From an uncultured delta proteobacterium (GTDB lineage: Bacteria > Bdellovibrionota > FAC87 > UBA2466), in NCBI GenBank assembly GCA_963778115.1, contig CAVZSV010000004.1, forward strand, positions 640,001-704,000: a DNA stretch of 64,000 bases, given 5' to 3'. Both the position numbers and the translations under genes were made by a program. Position 1 is the first letter of the stretch. Every line of letters starts with the position of its first letter. The notes beneath the pieces are model-generated. The model saw nothing but the letters and a program-made list of their open reading frames with translations. It ran no database searches and was not told where the DNA came from. This document shows positions 46,460 to 57,031 of this stretch, piece by piece.

Positions 46460-47449
46460 ATGTTTCGTCAAATCTGTGTTTTTTGTCTATGTGCGGTTTC
46501 GGCGGTGGCCATGGGGGATGAAATGGTCCGGCCTTTAGATTCCCTAAGGGCGTTTGCCAGAGTCCTTGCTCCAAACCTGCCATACACTCACTGCGGGAAA
46601 TATTATCAAGACTGCGCCGAGCCTCCCGCTAGAACCCGGTTCTCGCAAGCACCGACAGGAAATAGAATCGAGTACGACTACAATTACGGCTTCGATCATC
46701 CCAATCAAGACAGAATCTCCATTGGGATTAAGATTAACGACAAGAATATTTTAAATTGGAAGGACAATCTGATTGCTTCTGTCCGTTATAAGGACTTAAG
46801 CGATTGCGGCAAAACCAAAGAGGCCTCGTTTCCGGTCAAGATAGGAGAAAACGGCAAGGCAACTATCGACATTTCTGGCCTTACCCCTAACCGAGTTTAT
46901 GAATTTGATAACTTTAATTTCTTCGGGAAAGATCCCCTCGGAGTGGAAAAGCCCAAGCTTCTAAATTCGATGGGACTCCACTACTACGGAGTCACTACCG
47001 ACGATGATAAAGTGAACCAAGCCCGATTTAAGATAGCCACCCACGCGCTACAGGAGGTTTACGAGAGAAAGATGGGACGTTTTTCTGATGGTGTCGCCGA
47101 TTACATGCGGGTCCCAGGCTACGATTATAGTGGCGGAGCCTGCGGGCTGCAGCAGGCCAGCTGTTCCAAACCATTTATTCGCACCTACGATCAGGATCAA
47201 TCCAATGCCTATCAGTACCGAGGAAAGCTAATTGAGGGAAGCGAATTTAGAAAGCTTGCCGGCCTGCGACCGATTCACGGGAGCTATTATAAAAGCGGCA
47301 ATCACAAAGGTACTATCCTTAGTTATTGTCCGGCGACCGACACCGCCTGGACTATCGATTGGGCCACGAATCAGCTCAATATTATCGAACGTCCGCATCC
47401 TGCGTTTAGCTCAATAGGCGTCATCACCGAGGGAATGCTTTATCGATAA
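46460..47449 (+). CDS. Hypothetical exported protein
   Basis: Signal peptide-like start, GGAG RBS, 329 aa. Confidence 0.65.
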   Translation: MFRQICVFCLCAVSAVAMGDEMVRPLDSLRAFARVLAPNLPYTHCGKYYQDCAEPPARTRFSQAPTGNRIEYDYNYGFDHPNQDRISIGIKINDKNILNWKDNLIASVRYKDLSDCGKTKEASFPVKIGENGKATIDISGLTPNRVYEFDNFNFFGKDPLGVEKPKLLNSMGLHYYGVTTDDDKVNQARFKIATHALQEVYERKMGRFSDGVADYMRVPGYDYSGGACGLQQASCSKPFIRTYDQDQSNAYQYRGKLIEGSEFRKLAGLRPIHGSYYKSGNHKGTILSYCPATDTAWTIDWATNQLNIIERPHPAFSSIGVITEGMLYR

Positions 47450-48213
47450 GGGCCCAGTAATTTTACAAACTCTTCGGCGAAACGATGGGCATCCCCGGGC
47501 CAGCGGGCGGAGAGGTAATTGCCATCACGAACACAAAATCCTCTACTCAAATTCGTGGGCGAGTCTCTGAAGATCGAAAAGGGACCTGGTAGAAATTGGT
47601 CTTTGTTCCTTAGCGAAGCCGCGACTTCCTCTTCTACCCAAATGGGATAGGTACGAAAATAGTTCCCGAGCCACGCTCGGGTTAGCCACCACGCCGTCCG
47701 CTCTTGGCTTTTGGTCAAAGCGGTAGTTTTTCTGTTAAGCAGAACCGGTCTATTATCCAGCTGACACCGCGAAGCCAAAACGACGCCGTGGCAAATAGCT
47801 CCGACTGGTTTATCGGAAAGAAAGAACTCGGAAACAACGGCTTGTAGTCGTTTCGATTCCAAATACACCCGCATTCCCGGAGCGTGTCCTCCGGGAAGGA
47901 TAAGCGCATCGTATTGCTTCGAATCGACGTCCCGGTAAGCGATGGGACTCAAAAACCGCGAATCCCTCTCTAATTCGCGATAAGCCCGGCGTCCGTTCTT
48001 ATCCGCCCTTAAGAAGGGTTTTAGCGGTCCCAGTCCCGCCCCAGTCACCATCCGAAAATCCGCATGCCCCCGTTTTCCCTCGGGTGTGGTAAACGAAAGT
48101 TGATGTCCTTCGGCAATAAGTCTCTTCCACGGGACCGCAACCTCGGTGGGATCGAAATCCTCGGAGGGAATCGCAACCAAAACATGTTTCAAAGAGATCC
48201 TCCCTTGATGCAA
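47440..48213 (-). CDS. DJ-1/PfpI family protein
   Basis: DFDPTEVAVPW, LPGGHAPG, GAICHG, SARWPGD. Confidence 0.9.
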   Translation of the reverse strand: MHQGRISLKHVLVAIPSEDFDPTEVAVPWKRLIAEGHQLSFTTPEGKRGHADFRMVTGAGLGPLKPFLRADKNGRRAYRELERDSRFLSPIAYRDVDSKQYDALILPGGHAPGMRVYLESKRLQAVVSEFFLSDKPVGAICHGVVLASRCQLDNRPVLLNRKTTALTKSQERTAWWLTRAWLGNYFRTYPIWVEEEVAASLRNKDQFLPGPFSIFRDSPTNLSRGFCVRDGNYLSARWPGDAHRFAEEFVKLLGPYR

Positions 48214-48330
48214 GCTTATTTACCCTAGCTCAGCCCCTTTCCCGCCGCAAATAATTCTGCTTGCCTTCTCTCCTTCTGCTCGCTATCTTCCGCCCTCCTC
48301 AATCGTGGGTTTTGTGGAAGTAGTTGCTCA

Positions 48331-49365
48331 GTGACGCGGGATAAAATGCAAAACCGACGGCATAAAAATTCAATAGTTCCTGTAAGTTTGGCGGTCTGCC
48401 TTACACTTGTCTTAGCGACCAAGGCAGCCTTATCTCAGACTCTGATGGATGTGTTGTCCTGCGGAACTATCGTAAGAACCGTTACCAGCCATATCTCTCC
48501 TCTTAACAGCATTCCGCCCAGACAGATGCGTCGATTCGCGGGACTTTTGGCCTCTCCGCTTAAAGAAGGTCCGCCCACCCTCTACATTACCCCGTATCTT
48601 TCCGCCCACGCCCATAAGAGTCTTATTGAGAAGACGATAGAGGACCACGGTCTGTTTCTTTCTCAATGGATAGGAGAGATTGAATTCGGCAATTTATCGT
48701 ATGTTCCCGAAGAGCCACAGATAGTAGTGTTGCGCGCTAACGAAACTTCAGGACAATGGGCGAGCCGGCTAGAGGAGCTGGCCGGGGGGAAGCCGGACGA
48801 ACGATGTAATCTCCCTGCAGGAATGCTCCACCGCAATTCCGTGCGTCGGCTCTCATCGGTTTTGGAGACCTATCTCCCCAATACCCTCACCGAGCGCAGT
48901 AAATTTATCCCCTTTAGCGATACCAATCCCAACGCTCCTCACTTCGACGACGAGTTAAACGCGATGGTGAGTTACTTTCGACAGAAAAATACCAATGCCG
49001 GCCATCCACCCGACAAACGGGTGAATATCAACCACGATATTCGCGGCCCCATATCGATCGTAGCCCATGGCGCGATGGCGATCATCAAGTACCCGGACAA
49101 GGAGACTAGAGAGACCTTCTTGGAATTTATGCTAAACGCTCGGGAGCCGGTGATTACTTACCTCAACATTCTACAAAAGCAGTATCCCCGAGACACGCTT
49201 TTAAGAGACGCACGGCGGACTTTGCGGGAATTGGGATCTTACCCTATTTCAGAATTCAGTAAGCCTGAGCGGCTGGAACGCTTAGCTAATTTGAGAGAGG
49301 TCATCGAATTTATCATGGAGATTGATCTCTCCGCCGCGACCGAGGTCCCATTGATATCTCGCTAA
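48331..49365 (+). CDS. Hypothetical protein
   Basis: 344-aa ORF with signal-like hydrophobic segment. Confidence 0.6.
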   Translation: MTRDKMQNRRHKNSIVPVSLAVCLTLVLATKAALSQTLMDVLSCGTIVRTVTSHISPLNSIPPRQMRRFAGLLASPLKEGPPTLYITPYLSAHAHKSLIEKTIEDHGLFLSQWIGEIEFGNLSYVPEEPQIVVLRANETSGQWASRLEELAGGKPDERCNLPAGMLHRNSVRRLSSVLETYLPNTLTERSKFIPFSDTNPNAPHFDDELNAMVSYFRQKNTNAGHPPDKRVNINHDIRGPISIVAHGAMAIIKYPDKETRETFLEFMLNAREPVITYLNILQKQYPRDTLLRDARRTLRELGSYPISEFSKPERLERLANLREVIEFIMEIDLSAATEVPLISR

Positions 49366-49448
49366 CTCACTAATCCCGCTTCAAAAGGGGTTGCCCGCCG
49401 AGAAAAATAACGCTACTCGTAAGGCTAATTCATACTTCCGGAGGGGTT

Positions 49449-49895
49449 ATGCGCTCTTATCTTCTCAGTCTTTTTTTAAAAGGCTCCTTTATCCTCTTAC
49501 TCTTCGCACTAGGGACTGTCGCTTCCGCCGAGGTTCAGGTTTACGCGCCTGGAGTTAGCGTTGGTGTCGGTGGCGGTGTTGTCGTCCAAGCTCCGGGCGT
49601 GGCGGTACAGCTCAATCCTGGACTAGGAGTTGTGGTCAATAACGATTGGAATTATCGGTATTACAACGGACAGTACTGGTATTGGACTGCGAACGGTTGG
49701 ACCTATTTCGTCAATGGACAATGGGTCTACTACACTGCACAGACCTATATTTATCCGGCACCCGTAGCAGTGGCTCCTGTCGTCCCCGTCTATCCGCGCA
49801 GATATTACTATCCCGGCCCCTACTATGGACGAAGAGGAGTGGGGGTAGATGTAGGACCTGTTCATGTCAGAGTGGGCGGCGGTTGGCTCTGGTAG
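49449..49895 (+). CDS. Exported Tyr/Trp/Gly-rich hypothetical protein
   Basis: GGAGG RBS, signal peptide, YYNGQYWYW..GW.YFVNGQW. Confidence 0.75.
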   Translation: MRSYLLSLFLKGSFILLLFALGTVASAEVQVYAPGVSVGVGGGVVVQAPGVAVQLNPGLGVVVNNDWNYRYYNGQYWYWTANGWTYFVNGQWVYYTAQTYIYPAPVAVAPVVPVYPRRYYYPGPYYGRRGVGVDVGPVHVRVGGGWLW

Positions 49896-49917
49896 AACTA
49901 TGAGGCGTTGATAAAGC

Positions 49918-52900
49918 CTATCTTGTGCAGTGCTTATTCTCAGTAAGATAGAGTCGTACGATATCCCCAACCTTTAGAGGCAGAGAGAATGACTTGAGAT
50001 GAGTTTGGGGATCTTCAGTTACTTTTACAGCCCCGTGCTGGGCGCTGATGGCGCAATAGGTCTTGGGCCATCGAGCATCATTGAGGGTAACCTGGATTTT
50101 TTTGAGAGGATCATTGGTCCAGTTGATTAGGACGATCGCATCCCCTTGGGGAGAACTCAGCGAAAATGTCTCTACCAAAGGTTTATCCACTAGAAGTAGA
50201 GGCTGAAATCCACTCAATCGGGAGGGAAAAGCTATCCACTCTCGAAGAACATCCGAATAATCCACTGGAAGTTCATGAGGTTTTTCAATAGCCGGCTGAC
50301 ATTTTCCTAAATAGTAAGAAGCCCCGGGCAGCCAAGCAAAATGAACGACATTTCCTTTTCCCACCTTTTTGCGGATGACTGCGGGTTTTCCATCGGAAAA
50401 TTTGGCCTCTACTTCGAGTCTCCTATTCTGCAATGACTCATTGGCACGGTTTTCCCACTGAGTCTGTCCGTACGGTTTTACGCGTGGATCATTTTCAAAA
50501 TGTGACGCCCCCACTTGCAAGCTAGTCACCCTATTTTCCTTAAGACCGAAAAAGTTGGCATCTTCAAGAAAGGACGAACTCTGGTCATACTCATCTCGAC
50601 TGGCCGCACCGGCAACCGTAGCCAAGGTGCCACCCTCTTGCTTGACCCAAACCTTTAGCGCCTCTTGAGCCCGTTTGGGAAGATTGGGTTCCGTGAGATA
50701 GATGACTTTGAATCGTTTTAATGTCGCACTGATATTTCCCGTTTTCTTATCGATGAACAGATCGTCTTCATGGAGGAATTCCACAGGAAGGTTGGCGTTC
50801 TTCAAGGCTAAGAACAAACGAGGAGCTTCAAGCCCATGTTCGGTGAACCAATCCATCGCACTGTTCTTATCTCCCGAAAAATCCCAAGGGGCTGAACTCA
50901 AGGGTAATACAAAACCCACTTGGTTATCTTCGGGCTGCCCCGGGAAAAGAAGATCTTCCGTATCGCCTATCATGCGGTTGATGCTTGCAATCTCCTTCTG
51001 CACTTCGATGTCTTCAGAATAGCTATTGGCCGGAAAAAAATATTCTGGTCCAAAGATATAATAGTTGATGGTCTTAGCCCCATTTCCGATGAGGGTAAGG
51101 ACTTTGCGAAGTAATCCGCCAGAAAGTTTGTCATGAGAATAATCGCTCTGTCTAGCCACGACATAACTCCCTATATCCGCTAGCCCTCCCGACTTTGCGG
51201 CACTCCTAAGAAGGGTACTCAGAAAACTCCACATATAATTGTCTTGATCGGTATTCCAGTCTTCAGTCCAAGGTAAAGTGGTTCCTCTCACTTTTGCCAT
51301 TCCAAACCAATCGTGATTTCCCCCACCGGTGAAAAGACTTTTCGGTTGCTTTTCATTGGATCGGTAAATTTGGCCAGTAAAATTGTTAAGATTGGCGTAA
51401 ACTGGTTCGTCCGGCCGCCTCAATTCATTCTGGATAGCCTTGGTTGCCCGAGCGTAATGCTGAGCCGAGTACCAAGGAAAAAACCGCATGGTCCAGTAAT
51501 AGAGTCTTCGGTTAGCCAGAGAAGACTTGGCCAGTTCTCGATCAAAAAGCGGATCCAGTTGCGCTTCTTTGGCTTTCCCGAAATCCTTCGGAAAGCGGAG
51601 CCCCTCTTGAATAGAGATCTTTTTGAGATAGCCGCGAAATTGATTCAAAACTTGGGCACTCACTTTGCGAGATTCGCATTTTTGGATAGGAATCGGATAT
51701 CCCCAAATAGGTTCATCGGCAATGCCCACCAAAGAGATCTCTGAATTTTCCACCCCCGCTCGGCGGGCTGGCTCAATTAACTTTGAAGCGAAATTCTCGT
51801 AATCGACTTTTGAGTACAGCTCGCAAACACGGGGTGTCGTAGGAGGTTGACGAAATTCGAAATTGCTCTCCAAGGGACGAACCTGTTCCAGCTTAAAACC
51901 CTTCATTCCCGCTTCTTTGGCGGCGGCGCGGATTGCCGGATTGAAATTTAGTGCCGTTCCTACCGTATTGATGCCAAGCTTTCCTAAATGCTCAAAACCT
52001 TCCTTCCAGTTATTGATGTCGTTATCCGCAAAAAGCCCATCCGCGATCGTAAAATGCTTAAGCGGTGGAACAGGAGCCAGGGTGTCCATGGGCAGATAAT
52101 AGCGCCGCCTATTATACTCAGTAAAACTAGCTGCCGTGGGTTGACCAAGATGATCTCGCCATACCAAAAATCCAAAATCCAAATATCCCCGATGGATATC
52201 CTCCTCAAACGGCATCAGAGAATATGAAAGTTTTTGGGGACCTCCTGCGATTTCAGGAAAGAAAATCTCGACTTCTAACTCGTAACGCGCCGATGGGTGC
52301 CGTTTTAGGGAGGTATCTTCCATCGTCCCCAGAAGGTGGATGGGATAGCCGAAGGGGTAGAGAAATCCCCCTCCAAAAACAAGCCCGTGCGTTATTTCGG
52401 CGGGAGAAAGGACAAAAGGTGGCGTACAACTGTCTGCACCGGACGGTGAAGATAAATCCACATCCAATTTTCTATTCGATCCAAGAATGCCGAACCGAAA
52501 CTTCCCCTCCGGAGATTTTCCGTCGACCGTACGCAAACAAAACTTGGTACTGAAAGCGGGAAAATAGAAAGGAACGGCAGTATGCTCATTGGGAGAGGTC
52601 AAGGGGCCAAAGAGATCCGCGTGCTCAGAACCTCTGGGATCTCTCCATAGATACAACATAGCAAAAGGGGCATCTGAAACATGAGCCAGGACTTTAGACT
52701 TGTTGAAAGTAACCTCTACTTCGACATCAAACGTTTTTGGTTGGCCCGAAGTGAGCGAGTTTAGTTGCAGTTGGATAGCCAGCGGAAAGTCGAGGCTCCC
52801 GGGAGCCACTCCCGAGGTTAAAATCTTTTTGATATCTTCTCGCGTGAGTTCGAATGAAGAATCGCTAAAAGAGCTGCCTACCGCCGTTACACTTCGCTCG

Positions 52901-53136
52901 GGATATTTTTCCCAACCTATCGTGCGAAAGCCAAAACGAAATTTCTCCTGGGGGTCGGGAGTTTTGTGAACCCCATCGCGAGTGAAGCCAGTCACGCGGA
53001 ATCGGATTTTAGCCGTGGGATAGCTGTCCGCAAATCGAAGGGCCGAAACCTCTCCCGCCTGGACTACCGATGATATCACCATCGAAAAAGTTAAAACCAG
53101 GGAGACAAACCTAGCTATCAATGTGGGATAATACAA
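49918..53136 (-). CDS. Large exported glycoside hydrolase-like protein (GH42 trimerisation-like C-terminal region)
   Basis: Signal peptide; IADEP and WTEDW acidic motifs; NLPVEFLHEDDL..FKVIYL..WVKQEGGTL; VGKGNVV. Confidence 0.6.
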   Translation of the reverse strand: MYYPTLIARFVSLVLTFSMVISSVVQAGEVSALRFADSYPTAKIRFRVTGFTRDGVHKTPDPQEKFRFGFRTIGWEKYPERSVTAVGSSFSDSSFELTREDIKKILTSGVAPGSLDFPLAIQLQLNSLTSGQPKTFDVEVEVTFNKSKVLAHVSDAPFAMLYLWRDPRGSEHADLFGPLTSPNEHTAVPFYFPAFSTKFCLRTVDGKSPEGKFRFGILGSNRKLDVDLSSPSGADSCTPPFVLSPAEITHGLVFGGGFLYPFGYPIHLLGTMEDTSLKRHPSARYELEVEIFFPEIAGGPQKLSYSLMPFEEDIHRGYLDFGFLVWRDHLGQPTAASFTEYNRRRYYLPMDTLAPVPPLKHFTIADGLFADNDINNWKEGFEHLGKLGINTVGTALNFNPAIRAAAKEAGMKGFKLEQVRPLESNFEFRQPPTTPRVCELYSKVDYENFASKLIEPARRAGVENSEISLVGIADEPIWGYPIPIQKCESRKVSAQVLNQFRGYLKKISIQEGLRFPKDFGKAKEAQLDPLFDRELAKSSLANRRLYYWTMRFFPWYSAQHYARATKAIQNELRRPDEPVYANLNNFTGQIYRSNEKQPKSLFTGGGNHDWFGMAKVRGTTLPWTEDWNTDQDNYMWSFLSTLLRSAAKSGGLADIGSYVVARQSDYSHDKLSGGLLRKVLTLIGNGAKTINYYIFGPEYFFPANSYSEDIEVQKEIASINRMIGDTEDLLFPGQPEDNQVGFVLPLSSAPWDFSGDKNSAMDWFTEHGLEAPRLFLALKNANLPVEFLHEDDLFIDKKTGNISATLKRFKVIYLTEPNLPKRAQEALKVWVKQEGGTLATVAGAASRDEYDQSSSFLEDANFFGLKENRVTSLQVGASHFENDPRVKPYGQTQWENRANESLQNRRLEVEAKFSDGKPAVIRKKVGKGNVVHFAWLPGASYYLGKCQPAIEKPHELPVDYSDVLREWIAFPSRLSGFQPLLLVDKPLVETFSLSSPQGDAIVLINWTNDPLKKIQVTLNDARWPKTYCAISAQHGAVKVTEDPQTHLKSFSLPLKVGDIVRLYLTENKHCTR

Positions 53137-53153
53137 AGTTGATCTTACCTCTT

Positions 53154-55070
53154 TTAAAGCGTTTTTGAATTCCCCGGTTGATTATCTGGAGAGAGATACT
53201 GTTTTCTGAAATAGGGCTTATTGAGAAGTGCGTTTTCCAGCATCACCTTCATTTCAGCGCACGCTCCTGCCTCTCCTCGAGTACAAGAGTCCCTTAGAAG
53301 CTCAGTCCCTTTTTGAAGCTCATTACGAGCTACCGTTTCATGGCCGGCGGATACATCTAGATTTGACAAACCGATACACCCCTCACCAAATCCTTTTTCG
53401 CAAGTGGTTTTGAACAAGGAGCGGGCTTTATCGAGATCTCCTTCTTGTCGGGTCAGCTCGCCTAAGTAATAGCAAGCCCGCTGCATCTTTTGATCACAGT
53501 GCCCCTGAAGGAAGTCTTTGGCTTTTGTCTTGTCGCTATTCTTATAGTTCATATACCCCAGACGAACACAGCCCATGTCGTAATTGTAGTCGCAAGATTT
53601 TTGGAAGTAATTTTTCGCTCTGTCGTCATCGCCCGCGACTGAAGCATAGTCTCCCATTTTGACGCAACCAAGCCCTTCTTTCTTACTACAGCCTTCTTCA
53701 AAGCGTTTCTTGGCTTCCGTTTCGTCCTTTTTCTGCAAAGCAAAAAAGCCCAACGAAGTACAACCCGCGCCTAGTCCTTTATTGCAACTCTTGATAAGAA
53801 GTTTTTCCGACTTATCCAGATTCTTGTCGATGAGTTCTTGAGTTGCCACCTTAAGACACGCCACGGGCTCGTCCTGATCGCAGAGCCGGCGAAACAGTGT
53901 CAGCGCGATTCCGTAGTTTTTCACTTTTAATTCCAGATTCGCTAGACGCGAACAGCCTTCCATGGAAGCCGATTTGCAGGCATTGGTAAAGATAGTGCGT
54001 GCTTCATCCACATGGTTGGCCTCAAGGGCCTCGTCTCCTTTCTTGAGAACCTTGTCCGATTCGAACTTAGCTAACCACTGATCGATCGATTTTCGAAGCG
54101 CGGGCACCGACTTAAGATCTGCACAGCCTCCTGACTCTCCCGCCTTGCACCAAGCCTGTACGTAAGCGAGACCTTGCTTATATCCAGCAAGGGCAGCTTC
54201 CCTATTTCCGTCCATCGCTTGCATGCGAGCCACGCCCAAACATCCCATCCCATTCTGGTGTTCGCACGATAATTCATAAAGTTTGCGAGCGTGGTCGGGT
54301 TCTTTCTCTCTATCCACGAGAACCGCAAGATAGTAACAAGCCTTCCACATCTTTTCGTCGCACTTCTTGGTTAGAAAATCTCTTCCGTAACCTTTTTCTC
54401 CGTTTTCATATTTCCAATAGCCATACTTTGAGCAACTGGTCTCATCGTTAAGGTTACAAGCTGCCTCATAGAAGGAAGGGACTTTGTCTTTTTCGCCCAG
54501 TCGGTAAAGCAGCATCGCCATTTCGCGGCAAGAGAGTGGATCTTTTTTCGTACATCCTTCCTCAAAGCGTTTCTTCGCTTCGTCATAATTTTTTTCGGCT
54601 TCCGAAGAATAGCCCAATCGACGACATGCCGGCCCTTCCCCCAATTGGCAGGCTTTGAGGTAGGAGTGTCCCGCCTGTTCGAAATTCTTAAGCGCTGCCT
54701 GCCTATCACCTAAATGAAGACAAGCACCTCCGTCACTCTGATCGCAGAGTTTGGAGAACAGCGTTTGGGCAACACCGTAATTTTTGACGGTCAATTCTAG
54801 ATTGGCCAACCGCGAGCAGCCGTCTTTGGAATTTAGATCGCAGGCAGCCGAAAAAAGCGATCGGGCATCTTCGATCCGTTTACCTTCTAACGCGTGATCC
54901 CCTTGGGAAACGCATTGCTCTGCCCCTGTTTTTGCACAATCGGGAGCTTTTGCGGGAGAGCTTGTCTGAGCACTCCCCAGTGAAGAGGTCAAAAAGTGAC
55001 CTAAGACGGCCAAACGAAATAGCGCTAAGAGAGGTTTAAGGAAAGGTGACCAATTTTGTCTCTGACTCAT
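53154..55070 (-). CDS. Cys-rich Sel1-like repeat protein
   Basis: Repeated A...F..AC......GC..LG units. Confidence 0.88.
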   Translation of the reverse strand: MSQRQNWSPFLKPLLALFRLAVLGHFLTSSLGSAQTSSPAKAPDCAKTGAEQCVSQGDHALEGKRIEDARSLFSAACDLNSKDGCSRLANLELTVKNYGVAQTLFSKLCDQSDGGACLHLGDRQAALKNFEQAGHSYLKACQLGEGPACRRLGYSSEAEKNYDEAKKRFEEGCTKKDPLSCREMAMLLYRLGEKDKVPSFYEAACNLNDETSCSKYGYWKYENGEKGYGRDFLTKKCDEKMWKACYYLAVLVDREKEPDHARKLYELSCEHQNGMGCLGVARMQAMDGNREAALAGYKQGLAYVQAWCKAGESGGCADLKSVPALRKSIDQWLAKFESDKVLKKGDEALEANHVDEARTIFTNACKSASMEGCSRLANLELKVKNYGIALTLFRRLCDQDEPVACLKVATQELIDKNLDKSEKLLIKSCNKGLGAGCTSLGFFALQKKDETEAKKRFEEGCSKKEGLGCVKMGDYASVAGDDDRAKNYFQKSCDYNYDMGCVRLGYMNYKNSDKTKAKDFLQGHCDQKMQRACYYLGELTRQEGDLDKARSLFKTTCEKGFGEGCIGLSNLDVSAGHETVARNELQKGTELLRDSCTRGEAGACAEMKVMLENALLNKPYFRKQYLSPDNQPGNSKTL

Positions 55071-55261
55071 AAAGAAATCCCCCGCGCATAAGATAAATCC
55101 AAATTTGCATTAACCCAAGTCCAGAATGAAGCAAAAGGTGGGGCAAAGACCAAAGATTCTTCGGAGTTATCGTATTTGGTGCGAGTCTCCGAGAGGCTCC
55201 GCATCATTGACTGCACGCGTCATTTAAGGTATAAGGTATCTCCTCTTAACGGAGAAAATCC

Positions 55262-56863
55262 ATGTACCTTCGGTTCTTGCTCCTCGGGCTCGCGGTTAGC
55301 TCTTTGTCTATGGCCAGGCCAATGACTGACGCCGAGTATCATCGTGAGTTGGAGGCGTGGCACAATACGAACCTCTCGTTCTCCTTCGCAAGAAACACAA
55401 TTCTAAACACCCCCTGTTACACCAGTTTGAAACAATTTCGCGCGTGCTGGAGTGCCATCAACAATTTCACCCTCGCTCTAAAGCCTCCCCTCCAATTTGT
55501 TCCTAAGAGCCGCGCCAATCCTAAGTCCGCTCTTTTCACCTCCGGCCCCCTTGTCCTTATCGCCAAATCCAACAACGGCCCTTCTCTTAGGGAACGAGCC
55601 ACGGCCTGGAGAAATGAAATGGCTCGGAGCCGAAGCGATACTTCCGAACTTTTCTCCAGCCAATCAAACCCGGTCGATTTTGCGACTATCCTCAGTTCGC
55701 TCGAAGAAAAATATGTGACTAGAGAAAATGAAGCTTACCTTTCGGCTACGCTCATCAACGGATTTCAACGAGAATTTTATGACGTCTACACTTATATTCT
55801 TCCCACCTCCGTAAAGGATGAGATGCTCTCGTCAAGTTTTCAGCACAACGAAACCTTGGGCCTCGGATTTGATTTGGTGCCAGCGGGCAACCAACTGCGA
55901 GTCAACCACCTTATCGATGGCAAACCCGCTGCCCTAGCGGGAATTCGTTTAAACGACATCATTACCCATGTGAACGGCGAAGATATTTCCCTTTTTTCAG
56001 AAGAGCGGCGGTTAAACTTCTGTGATTTTAAAAAAGCGACCCCGGTCATTGTCACAGTAAGACGGGGCAATCAGATTCTAGAATTTTCAGCGACGCCTGA
56101 GGTCATCACGAAGGAAAATGTCGTGGCCGTTATGAGAACTTCCACCACGGGTTATATCGGATTGAGCTTTTTCTCGACGGAGAGTTGCGAAGAAGTGGAG
56201 AACGCCATTAACCTCCTAAAAAAGAAAGGTGCTAAGAATTGGATTCTCGACTTACGCAATAATCCGGGGGGACGCGTGGATGTGGGCGTATGCATTGCCA
56301 ATCTCTTTCTTGATCGAAACCTGATGATCTCAAAACAGAAATCAGACTCGGAACCTTACAATGTCACCGATTTCAAAGCAAGAAAAGCTCCTCTAACCAC
56401 AGCCCCCTTAGTCGTTCTGACCAATAGCTTTACCATAAGCGCTTCCGAATTTGTCGCCGGGGCTTTTCAAGACCATCAACGCGGGTGGGTCGTGGGCAAC
56501 AAAACTTACGGGAAATCGGTCGTCCAGAGCGTCATTAAATTTGATTTCCCTGGAATCTCACAGATTATAACCACCGCTCGCTACTTTCTTCCCAAGATGT
56601 CTTGGAACGAGAGTTTTGATGGCATCGATCCCGATTTCCTAGCGTACTTGCACGAGGATCCCGAGGACGAGGATGTCTATTGCTTTCGCGCTTCCGACTT
56701 TGTCCTTACCCCATCGAAGTTACCGGTTTACCATCCTAAGAGAAGCGTCTCTCCTTCGCTCGATCAATGTGTTCGCACGGGAAAAGCCCGACAACGATTT
56801 GACGCACACGAATCATTCGACTATCAAGCTCTCGTCGCTGACGATGTCTTAAATTGTCTCTAA
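55262..56863 (+). CDS. S41 family C-terminal processing peptidase with PDZ domain
   Basis: GLGF, PAALAGI, LDLRNNPGG, SASE, TYGKSVVQ. Confidence 0.9.
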   Translation: MYLRFLLLGLAVSSLSMARPMTDAEYHRELEAWHNTNLSFSFARNTILNTPCYTSLKQFRACWSAINNFTLALKPPLQFVPKSRANPKSALFTSGPLVLIAKSNNGPSLRERATAWRNEMARSRSDTSELFSSQSNPVDFATILSSLEEKYVTRENEAYLSATLINGFQREFYDVYTYILPTSVKDEMLSSSFQHNETLGLGFDLVPAGNQLRVNHLIDGKPAALAGIRLNDIITHVNGEDISLFSEERRLNFCDFKKATPVIVTVRRGNQILEFSATPEVITKENVVAVMRTSTTGYIGLSFFSTESCEEVENAINLLKKKGAKNWILDLRNNPGGRVDVGVCIANLFLDRNLMISKQKSDSEPYNVTDFKARKAPLTTAPLVVLTNSFTISASEFVAGAFQDHQRGWVVGNKTYGKSVVQSVIKFDFPGISQIITTARYFLPKMSWNESFDGIDPDFLAYLHEDPEDEDVYCFRASDFVLTPSKLPVYHPKRSVSPSLDQCVRTGKARQRFDAHESFDYQALVADDVLNCL

Positions 56864-57031
56864 CAAAACTTAGCAGCTCACTCTGCCTAGAGACTGGACA
56901 TTTCCAAGTCTCATGCAGCGAGGAGTCTTTTGTTTCGTCTCGCTTTAGGTATGATTCCTCAAGCAGGTCATTCAATGTCTTTTCCGGAGGGCGTAGTAGC
57001 AACATAAACCATTAAATTTAGGGGGTGTTCT

